From Kiritimatiellia bacterium (GTDB lineage Bacteria > Verrucomicrobiota > Kiritimatiellia > RFP12 > UBA1067), in assembly GCA_050949565.1 (NCBI GenBank), contig JBMNFY010000017.1, positions 704,001 through 768,000 on the forward strand: 64,000 bases of DNA, read 5' to 3'. Within the stretch, counting starts at the first letter, position 1; each line of letters opens with the position of its first letter. Under the pieces are notes generated by a model. The model did no database searches. It saw nothing but the letters and a program-made list of their open reading frames with translations, and was not told the origin of the DNA. Positions 58,283-64,000 of the stretch are shown here, piece after piece. The translations under genes and the position numbers were made by a program.

Positions 58283-58298
58283 AGCATAAAGAGTGCCA
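58283..58298 (-). promoter_or_regulatory. sigma54 (-24/-12)-like promoter upstream of pilM
   Basis: Minus strand TGGCACTCTTTATGCT (GG-N10-GC). Confidence 0.55.
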
Positions 58299-58691
58299 GA
58301 GAGAAAGTAAGAGGCAATAGGTAAGAAGTAAGAGGCAAGAAGGCGCAAGCGCTCAACGTTAAACTCTCAAGCGGAAAGTTCGGGAGAGGGAAGGCGGCGC
58401 AAACGCCGCTCACAGGACGGGGCGCATTTTGCGGTAATGTCCACTATCACGCTCATACCCCAACGAGTCTTCTCGTTTTTGCAAACTCCTTTGCAGAAGA
58501 GAGAACCAGGGCCGTTCATTAGTACGCTAGTGCCTTATCGGCCGATAAGGCCAATCAAAAACAAGTTTTCTCACACGAAGGCACTAAGCCTAAAAAGAGC
58601 AGTTGAACCTTCAACTCTCTTTGGTTTCTGGTTTCAAAGTTTCATGGTTTCATCCAAATCGGGATCGGGATCGCTATCGGGATCGATTGTT

Positions 58692-58762
58692 TAACCACGG
58701 AACACACCGAACACACGGAAAGGCATGGCTCTGTTTCCGTGTGTTCGGTGTGTTCCGTGGTT
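58692..58762. repeat. Long inverted repeat built of 9-mer periodic units
   Basis: AACCACGGAACACACCGAACACACGGAAA ... TTTCCGTGTGTTCGGTGTGTTCCGTGGTT. Confidence 0.9.
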
Positions 58763-58781
58763 CCAATCAGAAATTGCGTTC

Positions 58782-58933
58782 TGCACCAAATAGGTGCGGC
58801 GCGGATCTCAACGGAAGCCAATGTTTACGGGGCTTTGCTCAAAATCTGCATGCTCAACTGCTCTTTTTAGGTTTAACTTGGGTTGCGGGCTCCGTCCGCA
58901 TTCGTTATTCGTTGCACGGGCATGGATCATGCT
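58782..58933 (+). promoter_or_regulatory. NtrC-type enhancer-like palindrome plus sigma54-like promoter
   Basis: TGCACC-AAATA-GGTGCG at 58782-98; GGGCATGGATCATGCT (GG-N10-GC) at 58918-33. Confidence 0.45.
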
Positions 58934-58948
58934 ACATTATTGAACGGT

Positions 58949-60052
58949 ATGAAACCTAGTGAAAAATCTCAGACCATCAAAATCGATATCCGGTCGTTGG
59001 GTTACGGGCGCGTGGATAGCGCTCAGACCAAAAACGGCGCGGCACCGTCTAACTATTTCGACCAACTTGACTATCGCTTTCTTTTCGAACATGCCTACGA
59101 CGCGATTCTGCTGGCCGACAGCCGAGGCACGGTGGTGGCAGCCAACACGCGCGCCGATGACTTTTTCGGCTATGGCGCCGGAGGGCTGGCGGGGCGTCCT
59201 CTGAAGACGTTGGTGGCCGGGGTGACGCCATCCCTGCTGCGGGAGATTCAGGATGTGATCGCGCAGGGGCGCTACATGCGCATCCAGGCGTTCGCGGTCC
59301 GCAAGGGCGGCGCACTTCTGGCGGTCGAGGCGGTGGTGATGGGCAATGGCACGCGCTCCCCAGAGCCGGTCTGTTACCTGATCCGTGATATCCAGTCGCG
59401 CTGGGATGCCGAGCAAAAGCTGCTCTCCGCCTATCACGCCATGGACAACACGGACGCGGGGATCGGCATCGTGGACATGCGCGGCATCGTGACGTACGCC
59501 AACCGCATGATGGCCGAGTTGCTGGGCGCGGGGGACGAAAGTGCTGTCGTCGGGCACCACCTCGACACGTGGTTTGACCGTAAGACGGTGTTGAATCCGA
59601 TGCTGGAAAACATCCAGGCGGGCAAAGGCTGGCTAGGCGAGCAACGCCAGCTTGGCGGTGACAAGGCGGGGTGGTTGCAAGTGTCGGCCGTTCCGGATCT
59701 GGACGAGGATGAGGAACTGTGCGGCATGGTGCTCTCGGTCCGCGACAATGCGGAGCGGCGACGCGCCGAGATCGCGGAGCAGCAGGCAGAACGTAGCAGG
59801 GCCTTGGCTGAGAGCCTTTCCACAGCGTGCCACGCGCTCGGACAACCCGCAACCGTGCTCCTGACCAGCATCGAAATGCTGAAGCTCGACGACACACTCG
59901 ACGCAGCAACGCGGAAAGAGATGATCGAGATGTGTTACCATGCAGCGATCCAGTTGCGGGAGCGCGTGCGGCTGTTCTGCGCCGCGCGCAGCGAGGATTT
60001 GCTTGCCGCCAGAGAGGGAAAAGAGGAAGAGGAGGAGGTGAACACGGAATGA
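58949..60052 (+). CDS. Double-PAS sensor with degenerate HisKA-like C-terminus and no HATPase
   Basis: YRFLFEHAYDAILLADSRG..AN..FGY; GIGIVDMRGIVTYAN; CHALGQP H-box-like motif. Confidence 0.8.
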   Translation: MKPSEKSQTIKIDIRSLGYGRVDSAQTKNGAAPSNYFDQLDYRFLFEHAYDAILLADSRGTVVAANTRADDFFGYGAGGLAGRPLKTLVAGVTPSLLREIQDVIAQGRYMRIQAFAVRKGGALLAVEAVVMGNGTRSPEPVCYLIRDIQSRWDAEQKLLSAYHAMDNTDAGIGIVDMRGIVTYANRMMAELLGAGDESAVVGHHLDTWFDRKTVLNPMLENIQAGKGWLGEQRQLGGDKAGWLQVSAVPDLDEDEELCGMVLSVRDNAERRRAEIAEQQAERSRALAESLSTACHALGQPATVLLTSIEMLKLDDTLDAATRKEMIEMCYHAAIQLRERVRLFCAARSEDLLAAREGKEEEEEVNTE

Positions 60053-60519
60053 GGCGATTCCGCAAACAACAAGGCTTCACTCTGGCCGAGACGGTCGTCG
60101 CCATGGCGCTGCTGGCGATCATCATGATGGCGGTCCTGCCGTTGGTCGACCAGATTATCTGTCGCTTCCAGATGGCACGTGATCACTACGTGGCGGCCAC
60201 GCTCTGTCAGGGACGCATCGAGCGTGCACGCTCCGAGCCTTACGATCAGCTTGAAGCATGGGAAGAGGTCGATGTCCTGGTGGATGCTTTCGGCAACCCC
60301 TCTGCGCCAGACGGACGCTTCCGCCGCACGACGCGCTTGCGGCGTGATTTTCCGGAACCAGGCCTAACCCAGATGACGGTACGCACCGACATCTGCAGTT
60401 GCTCGCGCCTAGGTTGGCGTACCGTGCTGCACCCGATCCGTAGCGGCCCGTTCGCATGCCGTTTCACAGAGGAACGCGAAGAGATGAGCTATCTCTTCAC
60501 TGCATACAGGGAGAGATGA
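60049..60519 (+). CDS. PilV-like minor pilin
   Basis: MRRFRKQQGFTLAETVVAM; ATGA overlap with PAS gene. Confidence 0.8.
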   Translation: MRRFRKQQGFTLAETVVAMALLAIIMMAVLPLVDQIICRFQMARDHYVAATLCQGRIERARSEPYDQLEAWEEVDVLVDAFGNPSAPDGRFRRTTRLRRDFPEPGLTQMTVRTDICSCSRLGWRTVLHPIRSGPFACRFTEEREEMSYLFTAYRER

Positions 60520-62729
60520 ACGTGAGAAAAGGGTTCACACTCATCGAAATGCTGGTCGCCGTGGCAGTCATGTCGCTCACCATTACCGCTGCGGTGGGGC
60601 TCTGGATTCTCTTCATGTATAAGACGCACCGCGCCAGAACCCAGGCCGAACTGGACATGGATGTGCGCAACGTGATTGAACGTTTCCGCACCGAGGTCCG
60701 TAACACGGCGCGCGAGACCATCGTCTTCTACCCCGGACAGCGCGAGCCCTATGAGGCCGTAAGTTTTGCCCTAGCCGCTGACGATGACGGCGACGGATTG
60801 ATGGACATGGACGCGGGCGGCACGAATATCCTGTGGCGTCAGACAGTGGTCTACCACGTCTGGAACCGTTCGCCGTACCAGATGCGCCGCACTCTCTTCC
60901 GCAACCGGAATCCGGACGCCTCCTACGCCGACCGTTACAATCAGGTGGCTGCGGTCGTCATGAGCGGCGAGGGCGAAGGAGCCTGTCTGGCCGGAGAGAG
61001 CGCAACCACCTCGGTCATGTTCCAAAACCTGCACACCGGCCGCCTGTGGCATGCCACCGCACGCTTCGACGGCTACGCGCCCCGGCCGAACGTTTCTGAA
61101 AAAATCACCTTCGGCAGCCTGCCGCTCGCACCGGGCGCCCACAAGGTGAATTTCAAGATTGTCGGCAAAAACCCCGACTCCTCCGCGCGCCGCCTGCGCC
61201 TGGATCAGGTGTCCGCCAGTATTTCGGGCTGGCCGGTGGAGGCTGAACTGTGCAGCACGGAGGGTGTCAACGCCGGCCCCTTCTTCGTGGGGCAAGGTCT
61301 CAGCTCCGCCGCCTATGGACTGACCGCCGCCACTGCGGCGGAAGGCGATACACTCTCGCTGACGCTTTACAACGACATGATTGAGGAGTGCATTTTCATC
61401 GGCGACGGGCGCCATGTGACCTTCTCCAACACCGTGGTGCGCTTCGATATGACCAATGCGCCTGCGCCTTTCCGCGACGGCGTCTACGTAGCCAAGTTGG
61501 AGGGCCAGTACAGAACCGCCTGGTGGGGCAGTGTCCAAGCGGCGATGCACAACAATCCGGACCATGAGGGCCGTGACCACTCCGCCAGCGAGGATTATCT
61601 ATTCAAACCAGCCACGAATTATGCGATCCGCATTCCGGTCTTCGGCGAGTATGTCCGAGCCGACGGATTCGGACCTGTCTTCCGGATGTACAAGTCGCAC
61701 TACAACGGCGGCTTGCAGATCTATGACCCAGCCTATGCGGTGACCACCAATATGACAGGGCCCTCGATCGAAAGTGATGTGCCACTGCAACGTCTGAGTT
61801 TCTGGCAGAACGGTGTCAAAAAAGCTGACTGGGCTTCCTGCGACCGAGGCGGTGTGGACCTGCGGCCAGATGGTCCACTGCACCCGGTTCCCTTCGGGCA
61901 GAGCTTCATGTTCTCCTGCCGCATGGTGCCCACGGAGCCCACTTGGCCCGCCAACAATAACGCGATCCGCGCGATCAAAATCACCCCGCCGTCCGGCAAA
62001 GAGTGGACCTGCTGGGCACTGCCGGGGGCGACCGCAGCCAACGCCATGCAGAATGACTGGTCAGGGCTCGGCGCGCAACAGCTCTATTATAGCGAGGGGG
62101 CTACCGCGAACATGGCCATCTTGCCAGGACTGGTCTGCATGACTGTCAACTACGCGGAGGAGGGCGCATATACCTCGACCGTCTTTGACACGCGCGATGA
62201 AAAAGGAACGACCAAGTCGGTGTCGTGGGAGGTGGATACGCCTGCCGGATCGGCTTTCAAGCTTTACGCGCGCGGCGGCAACATACGGACGGCTGACGGC
62301 TTCGGTATTATGGATGCCGCTGACTGGCAGAGCGCCACTGAGGTGGCGAATGGTGGCGGTTTCGTAGGCAGCAACGGACGATATGTCCAGTTTCGTTGCG
62401 TCTTTGCGGCGCAACAGGCCCGCACCTATCCGGCGGGAAGCAGCACGGGCGGCGTGATCGGTACGGGCCCCTACTGCCGCGATACACCGCGCGTGAGGCG
62501 CGTATGCTTCAACTGGCCCGGTGCCGAGAAGTACGTGGACATATCGGCGACGATACTGAAAGGCCCGGATTGCGGAACTTTCGCGGTAGATGTGGACGGG
62601 CGCGAGCTGGTGCAGGGCGTCACGATGGAGATCGAGATTTTCAAGGACATACGTACCCAGTCGGGGCGGCGCGAGCGTGTACGCTCGGCGATGATGGCTG
62701 AAGTCGAACCGCGCAACAGCGGCAAATGA
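60516..62729 (+). CDS. Large PilW-like minor pilin with extended C-terminal domains
   Basis: MNVRKGFTLIEMLVAV; ATGA overlap. Confidence 0.8.
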   Translation: MNVRKGFTLIEMLVAVAVMSLTITAAVGLWILFMYKTHRARTQAELDMDVRNVIERFRTEVRNTARETIVFYPGQREPYEAVSFALAADDDGDGLMDMDAGGTNILWRQTVVYHVWNRSPYQMRRTLFRNRNPDASYADRYNQVAAVVMSGEGEGACLAGESATTSVMFQNLHTGRLWHATARFDGYAPRPNVSEKITFGSLPLAPGAHKVNFKIVGKNPDSSARRLRLDQVSASISGWPVEAELCSTEGVNAGPFFVGQGLSSAAYGLTAATAAEGDTLSLTLYNDMIEECIFIGDGRHVTFSNTVVRFDMTNAPAPFRDGVYVAKLEGQYRTAWWGSVQAAMHNNPDHEGRDHSASEDYLFKPATNYAIRIPVFGEYVRADGFGPVFRMYKSHYNGGLQIYDPAYAVTTNMTGPSIESDVPLQRLSFWQNGVKKADWASCDRGGVDLRPDGPLHPVPFGQSFMFSCRMVPTEPTWPANNNAIRAIKITPPSGKEWTCWALPGATAANAMQNDWSGLGAQQLYYSEGATANMAILPGLVCMTVNYAEEGAYTSTVFDTRDEKGTTKSVSWEVDTPAGSAFKLYARGGNIRTADGFGIMDAADWQSATEVANGGGFVGSNGRYVQFRCVFAAQQARTYPAGSSTGGVIGTGPYCRDTPRVRRVCFNWPGAEKYVDISATILKGPDCGTFAVDVDGRELVQGVTMEIEIFKDIRTQSGRRERVRSAMMAEVEPRNSGK

Positions 62730-62751
62730 CGCAAACAGACAGGAGGTGGAT

Positions 62752-63861
62752 ATGACACGCAAACAACGGCAAAAGGGCGCGGCCCTGATCATTGTACTCG
62801 GAATCATTGCGGTGGTAACCATCGCTGCCGGTGCGATGAGCTACACGGCCAACCAGCAGATGCACGCAGCGAGGGTTACACGTGAAACACTCAAGGCGCG
62901 TCTGATCGCGGAGTCGGGCCTCAACAAGGCCTACAACGAGGTCAGGAGCGACTTCTCGAAGATCAGCAGTTGTGCCCAAAGCGGTACGTTTGGGGATGGT
63001 ACGTATGCAGTGCGGACCGTCACGTCCCTAGGGGGAAACCCCAACCGGACTCAGATTATCTCGGAAGGACGTTGCGGAATCGGCAGGGCTACGGTGTCGG
63101 CGGACCTAGAGAATATTCCGCTCGTAACCAGCGAAGACGGTAGTAGCGTGTACTTCTTCCCGCTCGATTACGACCTGCTGGTGGGCGGGGAACTGCAGTT
63201 TAAAGGAGACTCGGAGGCGGGGTTCACGGCCATTTTCGCCAATGGAAAGCTCACGGTGACCGGCGACGCGGATTTTACCGATCCGGTATCGCTCAGTAGT
63301 GCCTTGACGGTCATCGTCAAGCACCCCAAAAAAATCACAGGGAGCTACGAGACGAATGAGAATCAGCCTCCGGAGGCGATCGCAACTGAAGCGCTGACCG
63401 CAGCGATCAATGCACTCAAGGCGTACGCGCAGAAAAACGGTGCGGTCTACGCCTCGGGCGCCGATATCCCGGAAAACCCACCCGGCGGGATCGCGTACTG
63501 TACAGGCAGCTCAGATGGCTGGAGCAAGAAAGGCAAAGGCTGCTTCATCTTTGAAGGCGAAGTGAGTGCGCAAGGCAGCGGTGTCGACATAGAGTCCATC
63601 GACGGCTTTCCAGCGCTGATCGTATTGAGCGCTTCTGAGGTCCACTTCAATTCGGGAGCGGAGATCCACGGCGCGATTCTGATACCGAACGGGAGCCTCA
63701 AAGTCAATGGTCATGCGGAGATCCACGGCGTGATCTTGGTTGGCCAGTCCGCAATCTTCAACGGCACGGCCGATTTCTTCGCGGGAGAGGGCGGGCAAGG
63801 CTTTGCGTTGCCGCCGGAGGAGAGCACCACGGACAATGTCGTCATCACCGCATGGCACTAA
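62752..63861 (+). CDS. PilX-like protein with C-terminal beta-helix
   Basis: QKGAALIIVL, KARLIAESGL; C-terminal GAEIHGAIL..NGHAEIHGVIL; AGGAGG RBS. Confidence 0.8.
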   Translation: MTRKQRQKGAALIIVLGIIAVVTIAAGAMSYTANQQMHAARVTRETLKARLIAESGLNKAYNEVRSDFSKISSCAQSGTFGDGTYAVRTVTSLGGNPNRTQIISEGRCGIGRATVSADLENIPLVTSEDGSSVYFFPLDYDLLVGGELQFKGDSEAGFTAIFANGKLTVTGDADFTDPVSLSSALTVIVKHPKKITGSYETNENQPPEAIATEALTAAINALKAYAQKNGAVYASGADIPENPPGGIAYCTGSSDGWSKKGKGCFIFEGEVSAQGSGVDIESIDGFPALIVLSASEVHFNSGAEIHGAILIPNGSLKVNGHAEIHGVILVGQSAIFNGTADFFAGEGGQGFALPPEESTTDNVVITAWH

Positions 63862-63897
63862 ACCGGATCACGTGAAGGATGCCGCAAGAGGGGCGTA

Positions 63898-64000
63898 ATG
63901 GCATACGCGAAGATTCCAGAAAAAGAAGCATCGCTGCTGGTGAGAGCCTTGGGGCTGCTGGTGAGTCAGGCCGGCATTTACGGGCCTACGCATAATGTTA
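63898..64000 (+). CDS. 5' part of hypothetical protein (runs off window)
   Basis: GAGGGG RBS + ATG: MAYAKIPEKEASLLVRALGLLVSQAGIYGPTHNV. Confidence 0.55.
   Translation, partial: MAYAKIPEKEASLLVRALGLLVSQAGIYGPTHNV

Overview
GC-rich bacterial chromosomal window. Gene content (Verru_Chthon-like pseudopilin cassettes, SHD1, BNR, CE7 and CE15 enzymes, hydF, bS22) suggests an anaerobic PVC-group organism, probably Kiritimatiellia (inference). Core-like parts: 3 tRNAs, ACT+DUF711, a CDF transporter, hydF, hisG, bS22, prlC, speD/speE, carbohydrate enzymes, and three type IV filament loci (pilC plus 8 prepilin genes; pilMNOPQ-pilT; PAS protein plus pilV/W/X-like genes). An accessory, decaying region at about 35-52 kb holds a complete chromosomal integron (N-terminally extended IntI, attI, Pc, two attC sites) whose second cassette is an SphI/NspI-like restriction-modification pair. 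The array is fused to a polymorphic-toxin-like locus: an LRR protein with a cysteine-free AMOP-like C-terminus, a coupled secreted partner gene, and a duplicated remnant. The window also carries many short periodic and palindromic repeats, including a ~720-bp GAAACCC(T/C) array, a 6 x 216-bp perfect tandem array, and repeat clusters sitting in-frame inside genes. Several frameshifts may be long-read consensus errors. All protein calls come from motif recognition by eye, not from database searches.
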